From Cyanidioschyzon merolae (lineage: Eukaryota): a stretch of 64,000 nt of DNA. The notes under the pieces are model-generated. The model did no database searches, was not told the DNA's origin, and saw only the letters and a list, made by a program, of their open reading frames with translations. Positions 20,147 to 31,275 of the stretch are shown piece by piece. Every line of letters starts with the position of its first letter. Position 1 is the stretch's first letter. Location: the NCBI GenBank assembly GCA_000091205.1, contig AP006494.2. One strand, 5' to 3'. The position numbers and the translations under genes are program-made.

Positions 20147-20911
20147 TCCATTGACAAGCCGTACTATGACGTTTTCCTGAACAAAGCCCTCGAGAGCAAA
20201 CAGGATGTTCGCCCCGATGCCGAGCGCTCGGATCTTGCTCAGGCGTTTATTTAATCTGGTATCTATGTGGCACTTCAAGACCCTGCGGATCAGTGTAGAC
20301 ACTTCTGTATTGTACGGAATGACCTGTTCAATGCGGCACGGCTACTCTCTTGAAGCAAATATAAAGCTTTCGAACAAATTCGCAAGCAGCATTGGCGGAG
20401 ACGATCCAAGTTCCTCGTTTACGAGGGGGGATTCGGAACCGAGTCTCTTTCCAGGAGGTGCGCACTCGCCAACTTGTTCAATATTCTCGAAATGGAAATG
20501 ACCGATAAGCCGCGTCGCTCTTATTGGCAGCGAATGGCGCTGCCCGTGCTGTATTCCACGAAAGCCGCACCCCGACTCTACCGACGACAGCGACAAACGT
20601 TTGCAGGAATCGATTCTGTACGATCTCTGTCGATAAGTACAGGGCGCCGGATACCTCCCATGACCGGAGCATATGACCACGCTGAAACTGGTACAGAAGC
20701 AGAGTCGAAACCGAACCGCAGTCACGAAACGGTCGACTCTCATTTGAGCTAACTCCAGGTATCGAGACAATTTGAGTTTACTGCCCTGTTAAAATGTGAT
20801 TGCGCAAGCAACCAAGCGCACAAGCATATGCTGCATCGAGACCTGAACGCCTCGATCAACATTGCGAAATGTGTCGTGCTGCAGGAGCCTCAAACGGCAC
20901 TGTGTCGATAA
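19538..20911 (+). pseudogene. TnpB/Fanzor-like RuvC nuclease (copy 1) with RuvC-I, RuvC-II and RuvC-III recognisable but interrupted
   Basis: Frame 0 (19602-20180) gives '...LQIIGSYRVALDLGTMGVVCKGRF', a RuvC-I GxDxG-like motif with D at 20091-20093. Frame 2 gives 'LFNILEMEMTD' (RuvC-II glutamate at 20489-20491) followed by 'YWQRMALPVLYSTKAA'. After an in-frame TAA at 20750-20752, frame 2 continues with 'KCDCASNQAHKHMLHRDLNASINIAK' (RuvC-III, 20834-20869), and the stop is at 20909-20911. Confidence 0.65.
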
Positions 20912-22184
20912 AACTTTCGATGGAATCTTCTCGGGCTCCTTACAGGCGTTCTGTTGAAATGGGTAAGACTTTCAATGAGAAACAAAAGTATCAGCCATTA
21001 GAGGGGCGATTCCTTGCCCGACTGTATCCGGGCACTGGTATGAACCTGGTCAGCAATCCAGCAAGGCCTGGACGCCGTCTCTCTATATTCGGGGAACGAG
21101 TTTCCCGAGCGACTGGTGAACGACAATCCGAATCCGTTCTGCCATACTACTTAGCGTGCAAGGACCGAGCGTCCACGAAACTGGTCGTCGAGTGGAACCC
21201 ATCGCTTTGAGTACATACGCTCATGGATGGCGTGCGGAAAGCACTCGTGCGCTGCCGGCCCTGTGCAGCATTCATGAGCGACGCATCGCTTCTAATGCTC
21301 TCGCCTCCACGAACCAGATTGGAAGCACTCGTGCTCTGCGGGTATCGTCTTACACCCACGAGAACCCGACCCTGACAGAATGGTGGAAGCAGCAGCGTCC
21401 ACCGCAGAACGATAAACGCACATGGTGTCGCACGAAAGACGCAAATGATCGTTTCGAACGACGTTTGTGTGCTCAGGATCGTCTTGCGAACATCTGTTGC
21501 GAAACCCTTCCCATATACCCACCCGGTTCCATATCCAGAGCATGCCTCTAAGCAGTGCAGAGCTGTAACTGCAAGCGCGCCCTACACAAACACCCGTGGT
21601 ATCTTGCAACGATCAACAGTCGCTGCCGCCTTCGGATGCTTCTTGATGGCACGAATCGAGCAGCCGAAGCGAGCTTCACTGCTCATCCGCGCTTAGTGAG
21701 GTCTCTGCATACACGTGATCCGCTAAACGTTGTTTTCATAGATGCATGTAAAGCGCGTCCACCAGGACCTGGACATGCCCCGCGCCAAAAAGTCTCCGCG
21801 GATTGCGGAGCGCTTTCTGTGAGCTCGCCAGCGACAAGCGCTTCTTGTTGCAGAGTCATGCTGTACTAGGTCTCTTTATTCGTGTGGCGTTGAGCGTGAG
21901 TACGCTTAAAACAGTACCGAACTCGCCATGAGGTTCGCTTGTACACAACGCGCTCCGGTTTCGCGTGGAAAGCTTTATCGCCGGATCTGCATCGAACGCA
22001 GCTGGGCGCCGGTAGAGGGCGCTCATCTCCATTGCCGCCAGCGTCTATGATCCATTGCACATGCAAACTGGCACGCTGTCCAGTCCAGGTAGGTTCCGAC
22101 GCTGTACGCGGCAGGCAGGCAGTTTGGACACTACGAAGGCAACGACCGTCCGAAGCGTGCATCGAAACCACGATAGGTTCGCGT

Positions 22185-24326
22185 TCACACAACGGGTAGC
22201 TCATCCTCTAGATCGGCGTACGAGAACAAAAAGTCTTGCCTCACTCTTTGACACCACATTTGGTGATCAAAGTAGACATATGACCCTGATTCATAGTCAT
22301 CGGTCGTGAACCGGGGCTCTTCATGGCGCTGGAACCACGTCAAGTATCGTTTGTGGAAACGCCAAGCATGGCGTTTCAACTCAAGAGCAGCGAACAACTG
22401 ATGCCGTGGATTCTGTGGGAAGAAGAATATGAAGAACAGTGTGTCTGGATCGAGACGCTCGTACAGCTCTGGACTGTCCAAAGCTGCCAGAGGTGACTGC
22501 GGAAACGACCCGTGAACCGGAAACGGATTTCTAGGCTCATACCGAACTTGTTCTCGTTGCAGGGGCGCTGCAGCAGATTTGTTCTGGCGGGATGCTCCTA
22601 TTCCCGGGTTGGTACCGTTGGCTGAAGGCGCTGTTAGATAGAGTGCACCTTCTTCTAGTTGGCGCAGTGCTGTCAGCAGGGTTCGCGAGGCGATAGGGTC
22701 CGAGTCCACCAGTGCGGCATCGCCTGCGAGAAGCGCTGCTTCAAGTCCGCTACGTTCAGATGCATCCCGACCGGGGTCTTCGGGCGCCATCGATGCTGTA
22801 GCCGCTGTTGCAAATGCGTCACCACGGGAGCCCTGCAGATGGCCAAACTGCTGTGCCAATGGGACGCTTGCTCCGAGTCCAGCTGCCAGGGAAGACACAT
22901 TCATAGACACTGCGGATCCCTCGGGTGCACAGGTTCGCGAGTTCATCTGGTCTCCAGATTTCGATGGGTACGGGGACCGGAAAGGCGTTGCGGCGGTTGC
23001 CACCGTAGCTCCTGCACTCGTCCGAGAGTTCGACTCCAAGGACCCGCGATCAGCGTTGTCGACCTTAGAGACCATCACCGCCGCTAGAGCGTTAGCATGT
23101 GTGTCTCTTCCAGGTGGCAATCGTTGAACACTCGTTGGCATCTGGGGAGTGCTCTGCAACCCGAAAGAACCAAGCAAAGTGCTTGGATCCGTGGGTGTTG
23201 GCGTCTGGGGTGCAGCGCTCTGCTTCGATAACAGTACCGTAACAGGCTGTTGCTGGTTTGCCCAGGCCGAAGTCACTGGTCCGGCGGTGCTGCGCGGTCG
23301 ACCAGGACCTCCGGATGCGCCACCATCCGAGCCCAAAGCTCCGCCAATGGAAAGGTCTTCTTTGGATGCTGCCGCTTTGTTGTTCTCCTGTTCCGATGGA
23401 GGTCGTTTCGACTCGGATACGTCGCTGTTTTTTCGTCGCGAATCCTCTACGGGTGTCTGCGCTACACCTGCGGCTCCTGGTGTCGATGAATCTCGAGGTC
23501 GCCGTCCATCGTCCTCAGATTTGCGCTTCGCCTCACTTTCTTTTCTTTCAGCGTTTTCTGCTTCACTGGGCTTGCTCTCCGGCGCATGCTCCGTATCCTC
23601 CTTTGGCTTTGGAATATGAGAAACCTGAATCTCAACCGGGACCTCGAGCGTAAGCGCGTCGTATATACCCTCATCCTCCAGAAATCCATCTTCCGTATTC
23701 GCCTCGACATAGTACTCAACACTGTCTCTGATTTCATTCACGTCGTCACAATCGGCCGCATCGTTATCGAGCGCCCTAAGAATTCGCTCGAGCATCTCTA
23801 TATGATACTGGTGTCGCGCGATTTTCGCTCGCAGAGCATCCACAGCCATATGATCAATCTTCTTCTTCTTCGCGCTACTGACGGAAGCCTCAATATCCGC
23901 TTCGCGTTCTTCGATTTGAACTTTGAGCTTCTCGATGCAGTCTCTGACCCATTCGCGAACCTCGTTCTTCGACTTTTCAAGGGGGTCTGCCCGGTCCTGT
24001 GCCAGACCTTCCTTGCTGAACGCCTTCGTTTTCGTTTCTCTCTCACAGACTTTAAAAGCTTCCATTTTCTCTTCAATCTTCTTCCGGGCAACATCGATTT
24101 TGCTTTTGTCTTTGATTGAGGGGTCCGCTTGCCACACTTTGATTTGATCGCGAAGACGTTGCAGTTTTTTGATCTGCGACTTCAAGTCCGCTTCAAACTT
24201 ATCCCTTTGTGCAAGGTTTTGCGCAGCGTACACCTTATCCCAGATCTCGTTGAACAGGTCCAGACCTTCTTCGACTTTCTTGAGCGTGCGGTCGATTTCC
24301 GCTTGAAGTTTTCTGTTTGTTGCCAT
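22185..24326 (-). CDS. NOT3: CCR4-NOT complex subunit 3 (NOT3/NOT5 family)
   Basis: The N-terminus 'MATNRKLQAEIDRTLKKVEEGLDLFNEIWDKV...LKSQIKKLQRLRDQIKVWQ...FKVCERETKTKAFSKEGL...IARHQYHIEMLERILRALDND' tracks human CNOT3 nearly residue for residue. The C-terminal NOT-box is 'FFIFFFPQNPRHQLFAALELKRHAWRFHKRYLTWFQRHEEP'. The track start at 24359 is GTG; the ATG is at 24326-24324 (verified). Confidence 0.92.
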   Translation of the reverse strand: MATNRKLQAEIDRTLKKVEEGLDLFNEIWDKVYAAQNLAQRDKFEADLKSQIKKLQRLRDQIKVWQADPSIKDKSKIDVARKKIEEKMEAFKVCERETKTKAFSKEGLAQDRADPLEKSKNEVREWVRDCIEKLKVQIEEREADIEASVSSAKKKKIDHMAVDALRAKIARHQYHIEMLERILRALDNDAADCDDVNEIRDSVEYYVEANTEDGFLEDEGIYDALTLEVPVEIQVSHIPKPKEDTEHAPESKPSEAENAERKESEAKRKSEDDGRRPRDSSTPGAAGVAQTPVEDSRRKNSDVSESKRPPSEQENNKAAASKEDLSIGGALGSDGGASGGPGRPRSTAGPVTSAWANQQQPVTVLLSKQSAAPQTPTPTDPSTLLGSFGLQSTPQMPTSVQRLPPGRDTHANALAAVMVSKVDNADRGSLESNSRTSAGATVATAATPFRSPYPSKSGDQMNSRTCAPEGSAVSMNVSSLAAGLGASVPLAQQFGHLQGSRGDAFATAATASMAPEDPGRDASERSGLEAALLAGDAALVDSDPIASRTLLTALRQLEEGALYLTAPSANGTNPGIGASRQNKSAAAPLQREQVRYEPRNPFPVHGSFPQSPLAALDSPELYERLDPDTLFFIFFFPQNPRHQLFAALELKRHAWRFHKRYLTWFQRHEEPRFTTDDYESGSYVYFDHQMWCQRVRQDFLFSYADLEDELPVV

Positions 24327-26477
24327 AGCACGGACCTCCTTGAAGACGAAGAACTCCACCGATATTCATATAAAACTAGCGAGAGCCGAGGCACCAGCTC
24401 CTACCACAGCGCCACTCTCTAGTCCGTTGCGTCCAGTGCAAAAGCTGCAACCGCGACTTGCAGACCGAAAAGTCCAGTGCCTCGACACGGTACGATGTTA
24501 GCGAGCGCGTATGGGCGGCAAGCATCCGTTTGAAGACTATGGCACTTAAATGGACAAAGCAGTCGATTCTGCAGTTTTGTTTCGCGCATGGTTGCGCTGG
24601 ATCGTCGAGATTGCGCGAGCGGGGCACTTGTCGACGAAACGCGTCCAGCGTAGTCAGCGCTTCGCAGGACATGAAGCATCACTGGACGGCATGGAATGTT
24701 TTTCGCCATGTGGACGGAGTGCGCGAAACGCGGGTGTTTCCATCGCAGCAATGATGACCTCGCTTCAATGAAATGACGCGGCATTTGAAAACTTTTGTCC
24801 AGAGGTTTACACATCGACCGTGCGTGTAATCGTTCGAGGAGCAGCGACGTCACTTGTGACTTTTGTGCAACCGATGCGCCGTTGAATTCGAATGACGCGA
24901 CGCTGTTTCGTTCAGAGGATATTCGGGTTGCTCTCTGGAGAGAGCGTAGGGCGTCGCAGGTTCGAAAACGTCGCATCAAGTCTTGAGCATGGCTTGACAT
25001 GGTACGGATACGGCTGCATCATCAAGCATGAGATGAGCTGCTGTGTGTTCGCGATGCAGGATACATGTGGTTTGGAAAATATTTTAGGTCGGCCGCAGCT
25101 GGTGAAATTCTGGACCGTGACCCAATGAGTCTGTGTTGGGAGAAGTGCAACGAGCATGTTTCTGCAAATCCGTATGGGAGGAAATCGCCCGATACGGAAG
25201 AAACCGGAGGATAAAGACTGACGAAAGTATTCAAGCCCTTGGTCAATACCAAATCGGTGTGTTAGAAAAAGGTCAGCACCGTCCCGAATGGCGACGACTG
25301 CGTTCATCCTGCGCCTTTCCAAACTAGCTACCATACGCGATGCGGCATTGCTCGCTAGACACAGCTCTCCCTGCAGCTGAATGCCCCGATACCACGTAAT
25401 TCGTATCTCGTCTTCCAGTCTACATCAAATGGACTCTTTTCGAGCTTGGAGCGCCCGCCGTCCTCCTTGTGCACCAACGATATACCCATTGGCGAATATG
25501 CAGCACCGGCAGCGGGTGCCGGGCACTGCCGAGCACCCAGCTGCGGCACAACGCGACTCTGCAACCAATCAGTACAGAGATGCCTCGCTGATTTCACATG
25601 CCTCCGCTTCTACTTCGAGACACTGCACTCGTGTATGAATGCCCGGTGCTTCCACGCATTCGAGATTCTTCCAGATTCCAGGGCACCAATCTGCATCTTG
25701 ATGAATCTGCATGGACACTTTCATCCGGTGCTGCACGCATGCACGGATGGATACGTTTCCATGCGTGCACAGACAGCACGCATGGACAGCACGCATCCGC
25801 ATGCTGCAGTGCCGCTTATGAACTGCGTTGAGCTTGTAGCACCTGGGTATGCTCTTTTACGTTAGGAGCTGCTCGCTTAGAGAAACTCTACCAAGGTAAC
25901 CATTCTGGGCATCTGGGTTTTTCTATGTCGCTTCGAGAGACGGTTTTATGCTCTGGCCAAGTACGACATAACGAATGCTTGGTGTTCCATCGAGTCGGAA
26001 GCGCGCTTTGTGCAGCGTGTACAGCAACGGCGCGCTTCTTCGTCGTAGTTTCGGCGCTCGTCAAGCATGACGAACGTCCGCACACTCTAACGTACCGTTT
26101 GTGCGCACCTGCCGCGTATAGCTATAAACCGTGTGCTGACGACGAAATAGTCACGCTGGTGGCAGCGACTCGGCAGCGACCTCTGCAGCGTGCGCCGCAC
26201 TGCCCGTGCGGAGCCTGCGTTCGCGCCCCGCCGCTGGGATTGCTGTTCAGTGCGTAGTCAGCAAGCGAGAAATAGACGGCCTCGCACGTCCACACTTGCC
26301 GGACGTTTGCGAGCTACTGGGCCTGCAGCTTGCTAAAAACACTCTGATGGTCGGTTTGAGTGACTTTTGATCTCGTATCAAAGGCACATCCATTGCCTAG
26401 AGCTTCGGGGTGCGTTCCGGTCCCGATAAGCGCCAAGGCGTTTATAGCGAGCGGGACGCGGCAAGCGGGTGTGCTCA

Positions 26478-28076
26478 ATGACCTCTGCAGGTTCCCGAGC
26501 TAGCACCGATGAGGATGTAGGTTTGGAACGACTCCTGGGACCGGTGCAACGTACCTGTTACGACGCATGGCTGTCCAAATGCCTTGCTGCGCGGTGCGGC
26601 TTCTTCGAGGACGCCTACATCGCGCTACTGGATCCGATCCAGAGGCTGGCAGCTGATTCGGCAACATCGTGCCCGCAAGGGCGTGGAGAGCGGCAGCGGT
26701 TGCCGTGTCAGCACGGCGGTTTGTCAGCAGCGATTTCGGACGGCAGCCAGCGGCACGCATCGATACCCACTGTCGACCGAGGTGGCAAGCCAAGCGGAAG
26801 CAGCGCGCCGCACCCAGGCCGTGGCAAGGCGTTCCGAGAAGCTGCTGGCCCAGATTTCGCGTCATCGCCATATTCAGCGTGCGGCGATGTAGACGACGGC
26901 GAGGGCACGTGTTTGAATGCCGCGGGGCATCAAACGCTGGTAGGAGGCCAGCGAAACGGGCATAACGGCGCTGGGACTGCGCAACTGCTGAGCCTAGGCC
27001 AACGAGTACCGCGGTCGTTGCGTGTAAATAGCAGTGGCTTGGACGCGGTGCTCCTGCACGGCACGTACGCTCGGGTCATGGCGCTGCGTCACATCATGGA
27101 CACAGTCCTCGAGCGCCTGCGGTTGAAAGCGGGCGCGAGCCACCAGCCACCGATGCTGCAGTTGCTCTCGCTCGGCGCTGGACTCGATAGTATGCCATTC
27201 TGGTTACTAGAGCGGTCGCGTCAGGCAAGCGTGGCGGCGTCTTCATCACACCGAGAAGTGCCGCTGCCGCAGGTTCGCTACCATGAACTGGATACCGAGC
27301 AGGTGGCGTCGCTCAAGGCGTTGTGCATTCGACGGCAGGCAGCGCTCGCTCGCGCCATCCAAGCACCTGTCGCCGACGTGCAGGCACGCGGTGCGGGAAG
27401 CGCGGACGCATACGCGGGAGTCGCCGTCGCTGGCGCGCAGGCACCCGATGTTGCAGCCAACGTGCAGGTGGTGCTGGAAACCCCGGTGTATGCGCTGATC
27501 GCAGCGGACCTCTGCAGCGGCCGCTCCGTTCTCGGTGCTGCTCTGGAGCGCCTGCGGCGACATGGAGGCATGCGGCGCGAACCGAGCTTCACGCTCATTC
27601 TCCTGGAGTGCGTTCTGGCGTACCTGTCGCCGGCGGATACCGTGAATGTCCTAGAGGCATTGCGCGAGCAGTTCGCGAACCACCCGGCACTGCTGGTGTG
27701 CTACGATCCGATCGGCCTGGACGACGCGTTCGGTCGCCACATGCAACAACGCCTAGAAGAACGCGGTGCTCCGCTGCAAGGTCTGAATTGCCGCGCGACC
27801 CTGGATGAGGCTGTTCGCAACCTTGAGTCGTTGTTTGCACCTGGAGCGGCATCGAAGCATCCGGGCCGCGGCATGGATATGATGGAGGTCTACCAGCGAC
27901 TCCGGGACGACGCTTGCGAACGGAGCAGGCTCGAGCGCATCGTCGCACTCGATGAAGTCGAAGAGCTGCGCCTCTTGATGCGTCACTATGGACTGATTTG
28001 GGTGAGTAATGAGCATGCAGAAGTATTTGACTTTTTCAAACCTAGCAGATTCCAAGGCTCAGCGGTCGACGCCTAG
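26478..28076 (+). CDS. LCMT1: leucine carboxyl methyltransferase 1 (PP2A methyltransferase, LCMT1/PPM1) with a large low-complexity insertion
   Basis: N-terminal 'VQRTCYDAWLSKCLAARCGFFEDAYIALL' matches LCMT1 '[29 protein letters not shown]'. The SAM-fold motifs are 'QLLSLGAGLDSMPFWL' and 'ILLECVLAYLSP'. The track start at 26469 is GTG; the first ATG is 26478. Confidence 0.8.
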   Translation: MTSAGSRASTDEDVGLERLLGPVQRTCYDAWLSKCLAARCGFFEDAYIALLDPIQRLAADSATSCPQGRGERQRLPCQHGGLSAAISDGSQRHASIPTVDRGGKPSGSSAPHPGRGKAFREAAGPDFASSPYSACGDVDDGEGTCLNAAGHQTLVGGQRNGHNGAGTAQLLSLGQRVPRSLRVNSSGLDAVLLHGTYARVMALRHIMDTVLERLRLKAGASHQPPMLQLLSLGAGLDSMPFWLLERSRQASVAASSSHREVPLPQVRYHELDTEQVASLKALCIRRQAALARAIQAPVADVQARGAGSADAYAGVAVAGAQAPDVAANVQVVLETPVYALIAADLCSGRSVLGAALERLRRHGGMRREPSFTLILLECVLAYLSPADTVNVLEALREQFANHPALLVCYDPIGLDDAFGRHMQQRLEERGAPLQGLNCRATLDEAVRNLESLFAPGAASKHPGRGMDMMEVYQRLRDDACERSRLERIVALDEVEELRLLMRHYGLIWVSNEHAEVFDFFKPSRFQGSAVDA

Positions 28077-28164
28077 CCGGCAACAGCGGTATTCACAAGC
28101 GGCAGCTGCGGCTCGACACCGTGGACTACGCGCAAGCGGCCTTGTGCGGGCAATGCTCTACCCA

Positions 28165-28194
28165 CAGCAGTAGCAGCAGCAGTAGCAGCAGCAG

Positions 28195-28229
<35 letters not shown>

Positions 28230-28230
28230 G
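28165..28230. repeat. Compound microsatellite (CAGCAGCAGTAG)4(CAG)8 between LCMT1 and repeat copy B
   Basis: cagtagcagcagcagtagcagcagcagtagcagcagcagtagcagcagcagcagcagcagcagc read directly in the sequence. Confidence 0.9.
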
Positions 28231-29524
28231 CGTCCGATCGTAGACGACATGTCTAGCGATCTCAAGCCGTCCTCCGTGGTGAGGCGGAAGCAGCGATGCA
28301 GGCCTGCGCCTCGCAAAGACTCCGGTAATGACCATGCTGCACAGCATCCTGGATACCTGGTGACGCAGAGGCGGTCGCTGCTGCTCCGGGAATGCACCAT
28401 AGCGAACACGCGCACAGCCGTTCGCAGCGGCGCTGGTCGAATACAACGCCCACCTGCACGGAAATAACACGCTGGAGAAGCACCAGATGGAGTTACCAAC
28501 AGGCTGCGAATTCGCGGTATCCGTTGTCGTCGTCGCACCTGAGACGTGTTCTGCTCATTGACATGCCCGAACGGAAGCATCCGGACTCGATTTCGTTTCT
28601 CCAGTGCACACCGCAGCTGTGAGATCGTTCCCAGCAGGCCATGAAGCTCGTCAGTCTTCGCATCCGCAGCAGTGCTTTAGGCTAGCAGGTCTCAGCGCAA
28701 ACGGCGCTGCGCGTTATGCTCCACTCGACGTCGTTCTAGGCTGCGCGTTGGCGTCAACTGTCGTCGATGTCGGTGCATCGTGCGGCGTCGCGATGTCAGC
28801 CTGTGGCACCCGCCTTGCACCCGTTAGCTTCATTCGAATTCACGCGTGTCTGGGACACAGCTTTGTAGGCAGCGGCGACGAGTCCGGTGGCGCTTCGGCA
28901 CTGCCAGCAGCAAGCTGCGGTGCCGATGCCATTCCTCCCCATGGCGCCAGACGCATCGCTCGTGAGTGCGAGCTTGCACCAGACCGGGTTGGGGACTGCT
29001 TTTCCTTCTGCCTGCTGTTTTGCTCTATGCATTTTCCGCGTTATTCACTATTTCCAATTTCTGTATCTGGAAACAGTGCAGTACCTCGCGGGCATGACGG
29101 ACGCCGCAGCAGTTTTTTCTGCTCGGTGTTTCGCAGGTTCAAGACGCAAAAGCCTTCGGTTTGCTCTGGTCTGCGCCCCAGTTCAGTCTGCGTAAACCTC
29201 ATAGGCTCTGCTTTCGTTGACACCCGTTAGGGCACAAGGTAATACCTTTCAAGTTTCGGAAACTTGTTGCGCATAGCGGAACGCTTTTCCTGTCGCTGTG
29301 GCAAAGCAGTGTCAGGGATTTCGCCGAAGATCAAAACCTTACCAACCAGCTCCTGTTTCCATCGCCCGAAACAGATCCGAACCGGGATCCGGTACGAAGC
29401 ACGTTCGCAACCTGGATAAGAACGCAAGGCCTAGTTAGATGCAGTGCGAAGCCAAAAAACGTTGTTTCTGTTCGCTCCTAACGTATTCCAGCAGTCTCAG
29501 ACGATAACGGAACAGGTCTTCTAG

Positions 29525-30590
29525 CTCTGTCGCACACTCTAGCGTGCGGGCCTCGTTCCCTGGTCATGAATACCAGCACTTGCGGGTATTTTATGCAACT
29601 GCTCCCGCTTTCCTATCCCTATCTCTGACTTTAAATACGCTGGTGTCTCCTTTCCTTACAGCTTCGTTGTACGAAGACGAAGGATGTTGATCGTGAGATT
29701 GGAGCCCCAACTTCGCAGCCCCGATCTGTTGTGCAACTATGCCATGCACACCCGGGAGTTGCGATCCACGGTTCGCATGCCACTTGCATCTCCCTAGTAT
29801 ACGGAAACAGTGCGCCCTTCACGGCTGCGAAACTTGAATATGGTCAGGGGTATCCCATGGTTCCCCGCTGGCCCTCCGAGCACCACTACATGGCGCGTGA
29901 ACGCCCGTTTCATCGCTCGGTACATGCCTTTGACGGATGTAGGAGGATTGTATGGAAGCGTCGCTTAGCGTCTGCACCCGGTGGCCGTTCCAAGCGATCA
30001 CGGGCTGCCTCTGGGTGATTTGTGCTCCACTTACGTCCTCGGTGCACTGCATATGCAAACACGTGTAGTCGCATTTTTATGACGTGACTTGTGGAACGCA
30101 TCGTTGTCCATCATGCAACAGGTATCGGGAGGAGAAACCAGGTTCGGGATCCAGTCCAGCACTACCGATTCGTCTGGACTCCACTCCTGCAATGCAGAGT
30201 CAGACGCTGCACCGGCGGCGGTCGCTGTGATGACTCACGTCCGAATCCGAGGCCACATCGACGCAAAATGAGGACTTGAGAGCGTCCGGGAGCATCGCCG
30301 CTGCGTCGAGTCATGCTGCCGCCACACGTCATTTTGTCGATGCGCGCCACGAGAAAACGACGCGTGTTTCCAAAGCAAGCGATTGTTTGGAGTGAAAGGT
30401 TCAATAAATTAGCTGAATGAGGTTGTGAGCAATTGGTCAACCGCCAATGTTGAGAATTTTTTGTCGTTCATCCAACGGAGCGAATCGCAGCGTCCTCGAG
30501 TTGCCCCCGAATACAATGATCGAAATCGTGGGGTGAACGTGATTCGAGCATGCCACAAGTAAGGGAAGCTGAACTTTGGAGGTTCGCACA
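29525..30590 (+). repeat. Dispersed ~1.07-kb repeat, copy B (direct repeat of copy A)
   Basis: See copy A. It lies 17.66 kb downstream of A in the same orientation. Confidence 0.9.
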
Positions 30591-31275
30591 CAAGTACTGT
30601 ACAGTGATATATATTACTTTACAAATCCTTCGCTACAGGGCGTCACATTTCGTTTCGATTCCCATGACGTAAAGCATGTCAGCAACACCGCGTCCAAAAC
30701 GTCAATCCGAACACAACACCGAGTATTGTTCACCTACAAATGAATCCGTAAGCCTTTCTTCCTGTCCTTGGCATGTCAAGTCCGTACATCTAGAAAAACG
30801 TCGGATTTTATTCTCAAGGCATGAACAGAGCCAGCAGTTTAGCGTTTCGTTTTCATCCGAAACGAGTACTGCAGTGCGATCAAGTGCAGCACCAGCATGT
30901 CAGGCGTCCATAGCAGACCCCTTTCTAGCCATACTCCTCGAAAGGATGTTGCTGCATACGCAACGCTGTCGATTCCGACACCTTCATGGGTGCCGCATGT
31001 ACCAGCTGAGCAAAAGTGCAACCCCACAGGAAACCAGGTGCACGCCATGGCGCCTTCTGTACAAGGACGCGCGATTCATCGAAAAGCCAACATATAAGAA
31101 AAGAAAAATGCGCATAATCGGAGAACGCTGGCCTAAGTAAACGTTTTGTCAATGGAAAATCGAAAAGCCAACGGGCGCCCCTGGATTACCATGCATCGTC
31201 GTCGTTGTGAAAGTTTCGCACTGTGGCGTTTCCTTGGATACTGCTCGGCGACGATTCATAACTTTAGTGTATGTC

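Noticed and set aside
20800-21210. The 136-aa '+' ORF overlapping the copy-1 RuvC-III region in another frame.
   Set aside because: It shares the DNA that encodes the HRDLNASINIAK box in frame 2. It has no homology of its own and is judged an overlapping spurious ORF.
24419-25000. A 193-aa minus-strand ORF and several 60-140-aa ORFs in the 2.1-kb NOT3-LCMT1 divergent intergenic region.
   Set aside because: It has no homology signal and overlaps the likely bidirectional promoter region. It is treated as non-coding.
11861-30590. The direct repeats A and B could be the LTRs of a 18.7-kb LTR retrotransposon.
   Set aside because: The interior contains bona fide single-copy housekeeping genes (RPN3, NOT3, LCMT1) and no gag, RT, integrase, PBS or PPT. 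The repeat ends show no obvious TG...CA termini. A dispersed repeat or element module is more plausible.
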